64,000 nt of DNA from Dehalococcoidia bacterium (GCA_009692665.1 SHYT01000007.1:32054-96053); one strand, 5' to 3'. Shown: positions 1 through 10,206, counted from the first letter of the stretch. The notes: generated by a model not told the origin, from the sequence alone. Numbers and translations are program-made.

Positions 1-33
1 ACAACCCCAGAACCTTCCAGAAAAAGGACGAAC

Positions 34-1125
34 GTGGAACTAGGTCTAATTGGCTTCCCGCTTTCCGGCAAGACATCGCTCTTCCAGGCCATCACTCAGG
101 CCGCCGACCCAAACGCCGCTTCCGGCTCCAAGTGGGGCAAGGCCCAGGTCGGCGTCGTCAAGGTGCCTGACCCGCGTTTGGACGCGCTGGTTGCTATGTT
201 CAAGCCAAAGAAGACCGTTCCCGCTGAGCTGCGCCTCGTTGACTTCCCCGCATGGGGCGAGCGCGACGGCAAGGACGCAGGCATTGCTGGCGAAATGCTC
301 ACCATGCTCCAGAAGACAGACGCGCTGGTTCACGTCGTTCGCGCCTTCAATAACCCCTCTGTCCCGTCGGACCGCGGCGTTAACCCCGGGCGCGACATCG
401 CTAACATGGACGCTGAGCTCGCCTTCGCTGACCTTACGATACTGGAGCGCCGCGTCCAGCGCCTCAACGACCAGATGAAGGCTGCCAAGGCCAGCGACCG
501 CGCGCAGCTTCAGCAGGAAAAAGACTTATTCGAGCGCATCAAAGGTGAGCTGGAAAAGGACATCCCCATCCGCAAGCAACAGCTCAGCGAGGAAGAGCGC
601 GCCGTCATCCACCATTTCCAGTTCCTGACCACCAAGCCAGTGCTGGTGGTCCTCAACATGGGTGAAGAAAGCATCGGCGAAGGCGGCGTCAAGATGCCCC
701 CAGACATCAAAAAGGCGCCGAGCCAGATAATTGCTGGCATCTGCGCCAAGCTGGAGGCGGAGCTGATCGCCATGTCGCCGGAAGAGCAAAAGGAATTCCG
801 CGGCGCCATGGGTCTGCCGGAAGGCGGCCGCGAAGTGGTCATGCGCTCTACCTATGAGTTGTTGGACATGGTCACCTTCTTCACTGCTGGTGAGGACGAG
901 TGTCGTGCCTGGCCCGTGGAGCGTGGCTCCACAGCCCCCAAGGCCGCGCGCACCATCCACTCAGACTTCGAGAAAGGCTTCATCCGCGCAGAAGTCACCC
1001 CCCTGAAAGCCCTGATAGAAGCGGCCTCCTTCGCTGAAGCAAAGAAGCGCGGCCAAGTGCGGTTAGAAGGCAAGACCTATATCGTCCAAGACGGTGACGT
1101 CATAGAGTTCCTGTTTAACATCTAA
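34..1125 (+). CDS. ychF: Ribosome-binding ATPase YchF (Obg-like ATPase)
   Basis: 363-aa ORF with GTG start. P-loop GFPLSGKTS. C-terminal YchF signature RAWPVERGSTAPKAARTIHSDFEKGFIRAEV. Confidence 0.9.
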   Translation: MELGLIGFPLSGKTSLFQAITQAADPNAASGSKWGKAQVGVVKVPDPRLDALVAMFKPKKTVPAELRLVDFPAWGERDGKDAGIAGEMLTMLQKTDALVHVVRAFNNPSVPSDRGVNPGRDIANMDAELAFADLTILERRVQRLNDQMKAAKASDRAQLQQEKDLFERIKGELEKDIPIRKQQLSEEERAVIHHFQFLTTKPVLVVLNMGEESIGEGGVKMPPDIKKAPSQIIAGICAKLEAELIAMSPEEQKEFRGAMGLPEGGREVVMRSTYELLDMVTFFTAGEDECRAWPVERGSTAPKAARTIHSDFEKGFIRAEVTPLKALIEAASFAEAKKRGQVRLEGKTYIVQDGDVIEFLFNI

Positions 1126-1127
1126 CG

Positions 1128-2393
1128 ATGAAAAGTGAGTTGGCAGCACAGCATCTGCAGCAGGGCATCGCCCTCTACCTCCATGTACCCTTCTGCCAGA
1201 CCAAGTGCTCCTACTGCGACTTCAACACCTACACCGGCCTGAACGGCCTCATTCCCTCTTTCGTGGACGCGCTCGTCAAAGAGATAGAGACCTGGGGCCG
1301 CATCATCGGCCAGGTGCCTGCTCGTACCGTCTTCTTCGGTGGCGGCACGCCATCGTTGCTCAGCAGTGAGCAGATGGCGCGCATCATCAGCACCATCCGC
1401 GCCACGTTCCCGCTCCAGCCCGGCGCTGAAGTGACGGCCGAAGCAAACCCGGAAGACATCACGGCACCCTTGCTAGAAGGCTTCCTTGCCGCAGGCGTAA
1501 ACCGCCTGAGCATGGGCGTACAGACATTAGACCGCGGGCTGCTCAAAATCCTTGGCAGGCGGCATACGGTGGACAAGGCTGTCGAGGCGTTGCACACAGC
1601 GCGGCAGGCAGGCTTCACCAACGTCAACCTGGATCTCATGTACGGCCTGCCTCATCAGACACTCGAGTTGTGGCAGACAACGCTGAACGGCGTGCTGGCC
1701 TTGCGCCCTGAACACGTCTCCGCCTACTGCCTCACTCTGGAAGAGGGCACCTCACTCCAGCGGTGGGTACACGCCGGACGCCTGCCTGACCCGGACGCAG
1801 ACCTCGCCGCCGACATGTACACCTGGGCGGAGGAGCAGTTTGCGCACGCGGGATACCGCCAGTATGAAATCTCCAACTGGTCACTCCCTGGCCGCCAGTC
1901 ACGACATAACTTGGTCTACTGGCGCAACCAGCCGTACCTTGGCGTCGGCCCGGGTGCCCACTCGTACCTTGGCGGCTACCGCTTTTCCACTATCCTGCTG
2001 CCGCATGAATACCTTGCCCGCATGGCCCAGCCATCCCAATCTCTCGTTCACGGTATGCTTGATGAGCAGACTATTCGCGCCGTCCCCACCATCGCCAACG
2101 TCGAGCGCATTGATACCTCCCTGGAGATGGCGGAAACAGCCATGCTCGCGCTGCGTCTGGATGAGGGGTTGAATACTGACACATTTCGGCAGCGGTTCAA
2201 CGCGGACTTGCTGGCGCTCTTTGCGAAACCAGTGCAGGAAATGATCGCCGCGGGGTTGCTGGAAACACGCTACATCAGTAAAAATGAAGAGGTTGTGACG
2301 CTAACGCCCCGGGGCCGCCTGCTGGGCAACGAGGTGTTTCAGCGCATCATTACACAGCGACCAGGGATTTCCGAACGCCATGTTTCAGGGTGA
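1128..2393 (+). CDS. hemW: Radical SAM heme chaperone HemW / HemN-like protein
   Basis: CQTKCSYC radical-SAM cluster motif, GGGTPS, HemN-type C-terminal region. Confidence 0.85.
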   Translation: MKSELAAQHLQQGIALYLHVPFCQTKCSYCDFNTYTGLNGLIPSFVDALVKEIETWGRIIGQVPARTVFFGGGTPSLLSSEQMARIISTIRATFPLQPGAEVTAEANPEDITAPLLEGFLAAGVNRLSMGVQTLDRGLLKILGRRHTVDKAVEALHTARQAGFTNVNLDLMYGLPHQTLELWQTTLNGVLALRPEHVSAYCLTLEEGTSLQRWVHAGRLPDPDADLAADMYTWAEEQFAHAGYRQYEISNWSLPGRQSRHNLVYWRNQPYLGVGPGAHSYLGGYRFSTILLPHEYLARMAQPSQSLVHGMLDEQTIRAVPTIANVERIDTSLEMAETAMLALRLDEGLNTDTFRQRFNADLLALFAKPVQEMIAAGLLETRYISKNEEVVTLTPRGRLLGNEVFQRIITQRPGISERHVSG

Positions 2394-2797
2394 GGGCTGG
2401 TATGGAAAAGCGGAAGAATCGAGACACCCACGACACTATCACTGTTGAGCAAGCGCTTGATGAAATGCTGGAAGCGTTGGTGCGCGCGCACTACGATAGG
2501 CGCCGGCCAGCCATCCTTGAGCGTGGCATTGAGGAACGAGACCTTGCCTTTGAAGCGGGGATGCTTGTCCCGCTTGACATGGAGATGACTATCTACGCTA
2601 CGCAGCGGCGCAACCGTATCCTGCGGCTCTTGCGGGAGATGGAGCAGCGGGGCTGGTGCTCCATGGAGACACGGCCCCCTATGGGTGCGTACTTCATCAA
2701 GGTGCTTCCCGCTGGCGAGGCGCACTTGGCGGAGAAGATCAAGAGCCGTCCCCAGCCCTGGTGGCAACGCCTCTTTGGCAGCAAGAATGGGCGCTAA
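2390..2797 (+). CDS. hypothetical protein
   Basis: 135-aa ORF overlapping the hemW stop (GTGA). Alternative ATG at 2402. No family recognised. Confidence 0.4.
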   Translation: MRAGMEKRKNRDTHDTITVEQALDEMLEALVRAHYDRRRPAILERGIEERDLAFEAGMLVPLDMEMTIYATQRRNRILRLLREMEQRGWCSMETRPPMGAYFIKVLPAGEAHLAEKIKSRPQPWWQRLFGSKNGR

Positions 2798-2809
2798 AGA
2801 CGCTCCCCG

Positions 2810-3307
2810 CTACTTCAGGCCGCGCACGTATGTTATGAAGTCCAAGTCCCCTGGTGAATGCCCGTAGTCGCTCAGCAACACGGCGGCCTCGCTCCGGAAC
2901 TGCGTGCCGTGGTTTACTACGTGCAGCACGATTTGCCATAACGGCGTACTCTGCTCAACCTGTGTAAGTGTCTTGTACTGCACTGGCGTAGCGAGCGTGC
3001 CGCCGGTGGCTGTGGCAAGAATACGGCGCATCGCCGTTTCTTCTGTCTCCCACCGCGAACGCAGTGCCGCCAGCGTCGGAAGCTCGTTCTCCGTCAGCAG
3101 CGCTTTCGGCGAGACGCCATCCTGCACGCGTGAGCGCCACGCCCACTCAGCGCCCAGCACGTGTACCAGGGAGCCGCGCACACTCTGAAAACTGACCGGC
3201 CCGGATGCCGTGAACTGCACAGGAGATAGTTTGGCCGCGGCATCAAGCAGTTTGCGGTTGGCCCAGTAGTTGTAGTCAAAGAACGTCAGAATGGCACGCG
3301 GTTCCAT
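2810..3307 (-). CDS. DinB-family protein
   Basis: 165 aa. N-terminal FFDYNYWANRKLLDAA and later HVLGAEWAW / HVVNHGTQFR fit the DinB/YfiT four-helix pattern. Confidence 0.7.
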   Translation of the reverse strand: MEPRAILTFFDYNYWANRKLLDAAAKLSPVQFTASGPVSFQSVRGSLVHVLGAEWAWRSRVQDGVSPKALLTENELPTLAALRSRWETEETAMRRILATATGGTLATPVQYKTLTQVEQSTPLWQIVLHVVNHGTQFRSEAAVLLSDYGHSPGDLDFITYVRGLK

Positions 3308-3322
3308 AGATACCTCTTTCGC

Positions 3323-4486
3323 TTATGCGAGCACAGACCAATCAAAGTCCTTGAGTGATGCAATGACGTGGTCAGCCCTGGACAGGTCCAGCACATGCGT
3401 ATATGGCGTCAGCACGGCCACCACGGTCATACCGGCCGCTTTGCCAGCCCTGATGCCGGTAGGTGAGTCCTCTATGACCAGGCACTGCTCTGGTCTCACG
3501 CCAAGCTGCTGTGCCGCAGAGATGTAGATTTCTGGGTCGGGCTTGCCGTGCTCCACCTCGTCACCGGCAACAATGACCTCAAACGTCTTAGGAAGATGCA
3601 CCTTTTGCAGCACTGCCTCAATCCAGTTCCGCTGTGAGGACGACGCTAGTCCTAGCCGCAGCTTCCGTTGTTGGAAACCTGCGACCAACTCCGAGAGGCC
3701 AGGTGCGGGTGTCACCTGGGCCTTCAAAATGGGCAGTACTTCGCGGTCATAAGTGGCAAGCCACTGCTCAAGAGGTCCGGTCAGGCGAAAGTGCTCGACA
3801 AGCCACATCCAGGTCTCCTTGACTCCAAGGCCAAGAATGACCTCATTCTCTTTCTCTGTCAGGTGCAAACCATGGCCGGCCAGGACAACGTTAACTGCCT
3901 CGTAATAGTACGACTCACTGTCCGTGAGTACGCCGTCCATGTCAAAGATGACAGCTTGCGTAACTGCCCTTGCGTGGTTATCTTTCCCGGACTGCTTCTT
4001 CACAGCACGCTCCCATCGCCAGACAACGCCGTCCTCAGGATCATTCACATTGCCAACAAACCGCATGCCTGCCTTTTGGAGAATACTCGTTGACGCGTTG
4101 CGCTGTCGCAGCGTGTGCGCGTGCACCGTGCCGGCGTTTTCAACTAGAGCGATCAGCGTCTCAGCCATTGCGATACCATAACCGCGGCCTTCCATCTGCG
4201 GGAAGGTGAAATAGGCAATCTCAACGCTTCCGTCCGCATCTGGCCTAGCCTTAAACCCGCATGTGCCCACTACAAGGGATCACCCCTCGTCAACGGTTAG
4301 GTAGCACCCCCACGGAGCATCGCTTCGTACCGTGCGAAGCATGTCAAGTGTCTGGCGCAGGGTTTCTTGGAACACCTCCGTCTCAGCGGCAACGTCCCAG
4401 CCAAGTCGGAGCTTGAACACCGCCTTGCCTTGGGCCGATGCTTGAGCGGCATCACTCTCTAACGGTATGAGCTTGATGCGTGGCAT
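3323..4486 (-). pseudogene. GNAT N-acetyltransferase fused to HAD-superfamily hydrolase, interrupted by in-frame TGA at 4280-4282
   Basis: Track ORFs 4280..4612 and 3323..4270 share one frame. Read through, they give ...APWGCYLTVDEG*SLVVGTCGFKARPDADGSVEIAYF..., a continuous GNAT core, followed by the HAD motif VIFDMDGVLTDSE. ATG at 4486 is preceded by GGAG. Confidence 0.65.
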
Positions 4487-4559
4487 GAATACTCCAGGGA
4501 ATCGAATCGGCGGCATATGTATGCCGCCGATTCGGTGTATCGCACCGATTGGCCTGGGC

Positions 4560-5753
4560 TTACGTCTGCGCAAGCACCTTGCTGGCCGCCGCCACGCCTG
4601 CGCCCGGCGCAAGCTCGTAGCCGTTCTGAGGCAGCAGCTTCTCCAACGCGCTCAGCAACAGCAGCACATTGGCCGGCGTCGAGTTCTCGCCCATGAGGCC
4701 CAGTCTCCAGATCTGGCTCCTGAACTTGCCCAGGCCGGCGCCCGCTTCGATGTTGTACTCGCGCAGCAGCGCCTGCCGGAACTTCAAGTCATCAATGCCT
4801 TGGGGAATAAGGACGGACGTCAGTTGGTATAGGCAGTACGCCTCCGGCACCAGCAGCTTCAGGCCAAGCGCCTGTAGGCCGGCCCGGAGCGCCTTACCAT
4901 TGCGTGTATGTCGTTGCCATCGCTTCTCCAGGCCCTCTTCCTGCACCATGCGGAGCGCTTCGCGGAGAGCGTACACCATGCTCATAGGCGCTGTGTGATG
5001 GTAGACGCGCTCGCCGCCTTCCCAGTACTTGCGTAGCAGGCCAATGTCCAGGTACCAGCTGTAGGGCTTCGTCTTACGTGTGGAGATCACCTGCAGCGCT
5101 GCTGTGCTCACTGCGCAGGGCGATAGTCCGGGTGGTGCACCAATGCACTTCTGGGTGCCACTGAACGCAAAGTCGATGCCCAGCTCATCAAAGCCGATCT
5201 TATTTGCGCCAAGCGACGTCACTGTATCGGCCATAAAGAGCGCCCCATATTCCTTGGCAAGCCGGCTCAACTCGGTTAGGGATTGCAGCACGCCTGTGGA
5301 GGTCTCCGCGTGGACGCAGGTGAGAAGTTTCACCTTCTTTTGAGCTTGGAACGCTTTACGCACCTCGCCAATTTCCACAACCTTGCCCCACTCCACTGGA
5401 ATGCGTACAACAGTTGCACCCAGGCGTTCTGCCATCTCCACCATGCGGTCGCCAAAGTACCCGGCGTCCACAACAATGACCGTGTCACCAGGCTCCAGTA
5501 GATTGGCAAGCCCTGCCTCCATGCCTGCTGAGCCTGTGCCGGAAACCGGCAGAGTGAAGCTCTTGGTGCCAAATACCTGGCGCAGCCCAACCGCAACGTC
5601 GTCCATGATGCGCACAAAATCAGGGTCTAGGTAGCCGAGCAGAGGAGCGGTCATGGCCCGGAGCACACGCGAGTTGATGTTGGCTGGCCCAGGGCCGAGG
5701 AGTAATCGTGAAGGGGGATTAAGCTCTGGGATACTCGAATCGCCGGTGATCAT
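4560..5753 (-). CDS. Class V PLP-dependent aminotransferase (alanine/serine-glyoxylate aminotransferase family)
   Basis: 397 aa. AGAT-like sequence with PLP-lysine context FSGTQKCIGAPPG. Confidence 0.8.
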   Translation of the reverse strand: MITGDSSIPELNPPSRLLLGPGPANINSRVLRAMTAPLLGYLDPDFVRIMDDVAVGLRQVFGTKSFTLPVSGTGSAGMEAGLANLLEPGDTVIVVDAGYFGDRMVEMAERLGATVVRIPVEWGKVVEIGEVRKAFQAQKKVKLLTCVHAETSTGVLQSLTELSRLAKEYGALFMADTVTSLGANKIGFDELGIDFAFSGTQKCIGAPPGLSPCAVSTAALQVISTRKTKPYSWYLDIGLLRKYWEGGERVYHHTAPMSMVYALREALRMVQEEGLEKRWQRHTRNGKALRAGLQALGLKLLVPEAYCLYQLTSVLIPQGIDDLKFRQALLREYNIEAGAGLGKFRSQIWRLGLMGENSTPANVLLLLSALEKLLPQNGYELAPGAGVAAASKVLAQT

Positions 5754-5944
5754 TAGGCGCTCCTTCCGAGGCGCGTATGTTCTGCGAATTAAGTGCTCAG
5801 CCTAACAGCCCAGGTACATTTCGTCAAGTTACGTCGCGCCCATGAACGCCGTAGCGATGGCGTAGTGGCTACGAAGTCTGTCGTGGGGTACATTGCTGGA
5901 ACGGGCGCGCATGATACAATAACTTTCACGCGTCCCAGTGCAAT

Positions 5945-6018
5945 TGGGGGATCGTCTAACGGTAGGACGGCAGATTCTGGATCTGTTAGTCGTGGTTCGA
6001 ATCCACGTCCCCCAGCCA
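5945..6018 (+). tRNA. tRNA-Gln (anticodon CTG), with encoded CCA
   Basis: Manual cloverleaf: acceptor TGGGGGA/TCCCCCA, D arm GTCT..GGAC, anticodon stem GCAGA/TCTGT, loop TTCTGGA, T arm CGTGG-TTCGAAT-CCACG, discriminator G, CCA at 6016-6018. Confidence 0.9.
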
Positions 6019-6064
6019 ACTTCGTACGAGCAAGCATTCGTGCGTGCTTGCTTGCGGAGGCGAT

Positions 6065-6476
6065 ATGGGAATGGACATGCCCCAATTGTGGCCAACGGTT
6101 CGTACGCCGGAACCAGAGCCACTCGTGCCAAATATAAGACATAGAGTCTCTTTTCAAGGACTATCTCAACGCGATCAAGCTATACCGCCGTATCCGTAAA
6201 GCTATCGAGGATTTTGGTCCTGTTGAGGTGGCGGTCACGAAAAGCCAGGCGTCATTCCGCGCTCCTGGCAGCGCCCGCTTCTGTTGGGCATGGCGCCCGC
6301 CAGAAGGCATCAAAGGAATACCAGACGAAGCCGCCGTTCTCACATTTGGCCTGCCGTGTCGCAGGCTCTCCCAGCGCATCCGCAAGGTTGTTGAGCCCCG
6401 TCATGGCTGGTTCGTCTTCGCTGGTCAGCTAACTAGCGATACGGAAATTGCCATCACCTTTGGGCGTGCCAATTGA
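6065..6476 (+). pseudogene. DUF5655-like gene with a 1-nt frameshift right after the ATG and an in-frame TAA (6135-6137)
   Basis: GGAGG then ATG at 6065. The conserved N-terminus EWTCPNCGQRFVRRNQSHSC is in the next frame (ATGgGAATGG). TAA interrupts ...HSCQI*DIESLFKDYL..., which continues in frame to 6476. The family call is from memory of the zinc-ribbon N-terminus. Confidence 0.55.
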
Positions 6477-6566
6477 TCATTATCCGCAACGTATCCTACC
6501 TGGTCACGTGCTAGTTAGTCTGACAGAGAAATGACCGCTCAAATAAGAGGGTAGCGCTACACGGCG

Positions 6567-6980
6567 TTATGACGTTTGTGACACCCGGCCATACCGATCT
6601 TGCAGCCGCACAATGTCATTCTCATCAATTATGCTGCCGGTCAGGACCTCAATGATTTGGACTTCACCTGCGCCTGGGTCAACCTCAATGCGGTGCCGCA
6701 TCCCGTTAGGGATCATCACCGTCTCATTTTGCCCCATCATGCGTGTCTCCGCGCCACGGGTAATCCGCGCCATGCCCTGCACAACGACCCAGAACTCGCT
6801 GCGGTGCGCGTGTGTCTGCAAAGAGGTGCATTCCCCAGGCATAACCACCAGCAGCTTGACCTGGTAGTCCTTTCCGTGAGTCAGCACCTGGTAAAACCCC
6901 CAGGGACGGTGCTCCACTAAGCCACCTGAGCCAGCATGAGTGGTTGCGCCCTTGGGATGCGGCATTAATTCACCAGCCAT
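6567..6980 (-). CDS. Cupin protein, mannose-6-phosphate isomerase type II C-terminal domain-like
   Basis: HRPWGFYQVL..YQVKLLVVMPGECTSLQTHAHRSEFWVVVQGMA..IPNGMRHRIE..IIEV..G..DENDIVRLQDRYGR matches the ManC-type cupin pattern. Confidence 0.75.
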   Translation of the reverse strand: MAGELMPHPKGATTHAGSGGLVEHRPWGFYQVLTHGKDYQVKLLVVMPGECTSLQTHAHRSEFWVVVQGMARITRGAETRMMGQNETVMIPNGMRHRIEVDPGAGEVQIIEVLTGSIIDENDIVRLQDRYGRVSQTS

Positions 6981-7110
6981 GAACTGAATAGTTCTCCTGT
7001 GCTAACGCTACTAACGGCAACTTACAAGACCAAAACACTGAAGGCATTATACGAAAGAACCTCGGTGTCTGCCTCATGGGAAACAGGGTGAGGCGGGCGC
7101 AACAAGGAAC

Positions 7111-8034
7111 TTAGGAGCCACGCAAGCTACTCAGGGTCTTTCTCAGCCCCTCTTCGAGTGGCACCCGAATGCGCCAGCCCAACCGTTGCCGCAGGCGTGT
7201 CCCATCTAACGAGAACTTGAAGACATCCCCTGGCCGTGCTGGTTCATGGCTGGGTTGCAGTGCGTACCCAGTGAGATGGGCCAGCGAGGAGAACAGCGTG
7301 TTTACAGACGTGCCGACTCCAGAACCCACGTTGTACACCTGGCTTTCTGCCTCCTCGCTTGCGAGCAAGAAAGCACGCGCCACGTCTTCCACATAGACAT
7401 AATCCTTCTCCTGGGCGCCCGTGCCGAAGATTGTGACCGGCTCACCGCGCAGCATACGGGCGCCAAAGATAGCAATGACGCCCGCCTCGCCGTTGGGGTC
7501 TTGACGGGGGCCGTAGACATTCGGCAACCGCAGCGCCGTGCCGCTCAGCCCAAACGAAGCCGAGAACGCTTGCAGCAGCGCCTCACCGGCCACCTTGCTT
7601 GCGCCGTACGGCGACCGTGGCCGGAGCGGCTGGTCTTCTGCGCAGGGCAGAGTGTCTGGCTCGCCGTAAACTGTGCCGCCGCTGGACGCGAATACCACCT
7701 TGCGCACGCCCGCACCCACGCACGCGCGCAGCAGGTTTGCCGTGCCGACTACATTAATCTCCGCGTCCTGCACCGGGTCGCGCAGCGACACCACGACACT
7801 TGATTGCGCGCCCAGGTGGAATACCACATCTGGGTGGAACGACTGCAACGCGTCCGCAACCTCGTCGCCCCGCAAGTCCACTTGAAATAAGGTTGCTTTG
7901 GGGTTCAGGTTCTGATGCCGCCCGGTGGACAGCACGTCCAGCACGGCCACTGAGTCGCCGCGTGCAACCAGCGCGTCCACCACATGCGACCCAATGAATC
8001 CTACGCCGCCAGTTACCAGTGCCCGCTGTATCAC
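7111..8034 (-). CDS. NAD-dependent epimerase/dehydratase (UDP-glucose 4-epimerase-like)
   Basis: GGVGFIGSHVVDAL Rossmann motif and YGASK catalytic motif. Confidence 0.85.
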   Translation of the reverse strand: MIQRALVTGGVGFIGSHVVDALVARGDSVAVLDVLSTGRHQNLNPKATLFQVDLRGDEVADALQSFHPDVVFHLGAQSSVVVSLRDPVQDAEINVVGTANLLRACVGAGVRKVVFASSGGTVYGEPDTLPCAEDQPLRPRSPYGASKVAGEALLQAFSASFGLSGTALRLPNVYGPRQDPNGEAGVIAIFGARMLRGEPVTIFGTGAQEKDYVYVEDVARAFLLASEEAESQVYNVGSGVGTSVNTLFSSLAHLTGYALQPSHEPARPGDVFKFSLDGTRLRQRLGWRIRVPLEEGLRKTLSSLRGS

Positions 8035-9230
8035 GCCTCAACTACCTTGTCCCGGTGCAGTTGCTCAATCTCCTGCTGGGTCAATCCACCCAGCGAGGCC
8101 AGAAGCTCGTCCGTATGCTGGCCCAGGTCCGGCGGAAGGATACGCACCTTGCCTGGGGTCCGTGACAGCTTGATAGGCACTCCCGTGAACTTCCAGGGCC
8201 CCAGCCGGGGATGCTCCATTTCCACAATCATTTCTCGGTGCTGTACCTGCGGATCGCTCATTACCTGTGGAATGTTCTGCAACGGCCCGCATGGGAGCTG
8301 CGCTGCCAGAAACTCGTCCAGCCACTCTTGCGTTGTGCGCGTCTTGAGCGCCTCAGCAATGACGGGCTCCAGATCCTTGTGGTGCACCGTGCGCTCCCAG
8401 GGCGTCAGGAACCGAGGGTCGTCAATGAGCTCCACGTGGCCGATAGACGCGCAGAACAGAGGCCAGTGGCCTGGATTGCTGCCGGCGATTGCCACCACGA
8501 TGCTGCCGTCCCTGGTTGGGAACACCTGAAAGGGCATGAGCACCGCGTGCCGCGTGCCAAGCGGCCCCGGCACCTCGCCGGTGGCCACGTGGCGGGCGAC
8601 AGCGTTCTCGACGAGGGCCACCTGGCAGTCCAGCATACTGACGTCTACCGCCTGGCCCTTGCCGCTCTTGGCGCGCTCCACCAGCGCGGCGCAAATGCCC
8701 AGCGCAGCCGTCATGCCTGCGTTGATGTCGCCGACGGGCGCGCCCACGCGCACGGGCTTGCCGCCGTCTTCCCCTGTGATGCTCATGATACCGCCCATTG
8801 CCTGCACCACAATGTCCAGCGCCGAACGCTCTTTGTATGGCCCCGTCTGGCCAAAGCCGGATACCGTGCAATAGATGAGACGGGGGTTGATCTTCGACAG
8901 ATCGTCATAACCAATCCCAAGCCGCTCCATTGTTCCAGGCGTGAAGTTTGATATCACGACATCAGCTTTCAGCACCAGTTTCAAGAACACCTCGCGGCCC
9001 CTGGGCTTTTGCAGGTCTAGGGCCAGGCTGCGCTTGTTGCGGTTGAGGCTCATGAAGTATGCGCTGTCCTCGCCGATGATGGGCGCCGTGCCGCGTGCCG
9101 CATCGCCATAGCCGGGGCGCTCCACTTTGATGACGTTTGCGCCCAGGTCTGCCAGCATCATGGTGCTGTAGGGACCTGACACAATCCACGTGAGGTCTAG
9201 AACCAGGATGCCGTCCAGGGGGCCGGGCAT
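8031..9230 (-). CDS. Family III CoA transferase (CaiB/BaiF)
   Basis: N-terminal LDGILVLDLTWIVSGPYSTMMLADLGANVIKVERPGYGD. 399 aa. Confidence 0.85.
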   Translation of the reverse strand: MPGPLDGILVLDLTWIVSGPYSTMMLADLGANVIKVERPGYGDAARGTAPIIGEDSAYFMSLNRNKRSLALDLQKPRGREVFLKLVLKADVVISNFTPGTMERLGIGYDDLSKINPRLIYCTVSGFGQTGPYKERSALDIVVQAMGGIMSITGEDGGKPVRVGAPVGDINAGMTAALGICAALVERAKSGKGQAVDVSMLDCQVALVENAVARHVATGEVPGPLGTRHAVLMPFQVFPTRDGSIVVAIAGSNPGHWPLFCASIGHVELIDDPRFLTPWERTVHHKDLEPVIAEALKTRTTQEWLDEFLAAQLPCGPLQNIPQVMSDPQVQHREMIVEMEHPRLGPWKFTGVPIKLSRTPGKVRILPPDLGQHTDELLASLGGLTQQEIEQLHRDKVVEA

Positions 9231-9450
9231 GTGTCACCTCGCGGAACAGGGTACGCGCTGATGGTATCACCTTGGGTGCTGGTTCCGCATGTGCCCTGGC
9301 ATTGCCCACGTCATCAGTGGTTCTGCCGGCCAATTGGCCGCGACGAGTCTCGTGAGAACTTCTCTGTACAGTACGAGAATGCGCGTACTGTGTCGCAACT
9401 GGGTGGCATTGGACCACGTTCTGATGGTGTGACAGGGATGCGGTTCTGGG

Positions 9451-10206
9451 TTGGGATGCTTGGCTGCTGTTCTGCGTCCAGATCAACCGCTCCTCAAGGA
9501 TGCGGCACTGAAGCTGACGGCCATTGTGGAACGCGCCTTCGCACTCATCCGCGACGCCAGCCGCAAGCCCATCGAGTGGGAGGTGGCGCAGTTCATCCGC
9601 GACCAGTACGTCTCGGAAAGCCTGACCGTGCCGGACGGGCCGATCGTGGCAATCAATGAGCATGCCAGTGACCCACACTTTGAGCCCGCGAAGGGCACGG
9701 GGCGCGCGATCAAGCAGGGTGACTGGGTGCTGCTGGACATTTGGGCGCGCGGGCTGGGCGCCGACGACATCTACGCGGACATAACCTGGGTAGGCTACGT
9801 GGGCTCTCGTGTGCCTGCGGTACACCAGAAAATCTTCAGCACCGTCATCAGCGCCCGAGACGCTGCGGTGATGTTCATAGCAGACGCTTATCGGAAGGGG
9901 CAGACCGTGCGTGGACGGCAGGTAGATCAGGTGGCCCGGCAGTACATAACTCGTGCGGGCTACGGCGCGTTTTTCACGCATCGGCTGGGGCACAGCATCG
10001 GCACAGAGGTGCATGGGGACGCGGTGAACATGGACTCGTTTGAGACGAACGACACACGCACGCTTGTGCCGGGCATTGGGTTCAGCATAGAGCCGGGCAT
10101 CTACCTGCCTGAGTTAGGGATGCGGTCAGAGATTGACGTGTACCTGTCGGAGCAGGGGCCAGTGGTGACGACGCCGCAGCAGCGGGAGGTTGTGCTGTTG
10201 GGGTAG
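9451..10206 (+). CDS. M24-family metallopeptidase, catalytic pita-bread domain only
   Basis: Metal-ligand contexts LLDIWAR, YADITW, HRLGHSIGTEVHGD, GFSIEPGIY. TTG start. In-frame TGA at 9430-9432, so there is no N-terminal creatinase-like domain. Confidence 0.7.
   Translation: MGCLAAVLRPDQPLLKDAALKLTAIVERAFALIRDASRKPIEWEVAQFIRDQYVSESLTVPDGPIVAINEHASDPHFEPAKGTGRAIKQGDWVLLDIWARGLGADDIYADITWVGYVGSRVPAVHQKIFSTVISARDAAVMFIADAYRKGQTVRGRQVDQVARQYITRAGYGAFFTHRLGHSIGTEVHGDAVNMDSFETNDTRTLVPGIGFSIEPGIYLPELGMRSEIDVYLSEQGPVVTTPQQREVVLLG

Noticed and set aside
5945-6476. tRNA-Gln as an integration site for a genomic island.
   Set aside because: There is no integrase, no direct repeat of the tRNA 3' end downstream, and only one damaged small gene follows.
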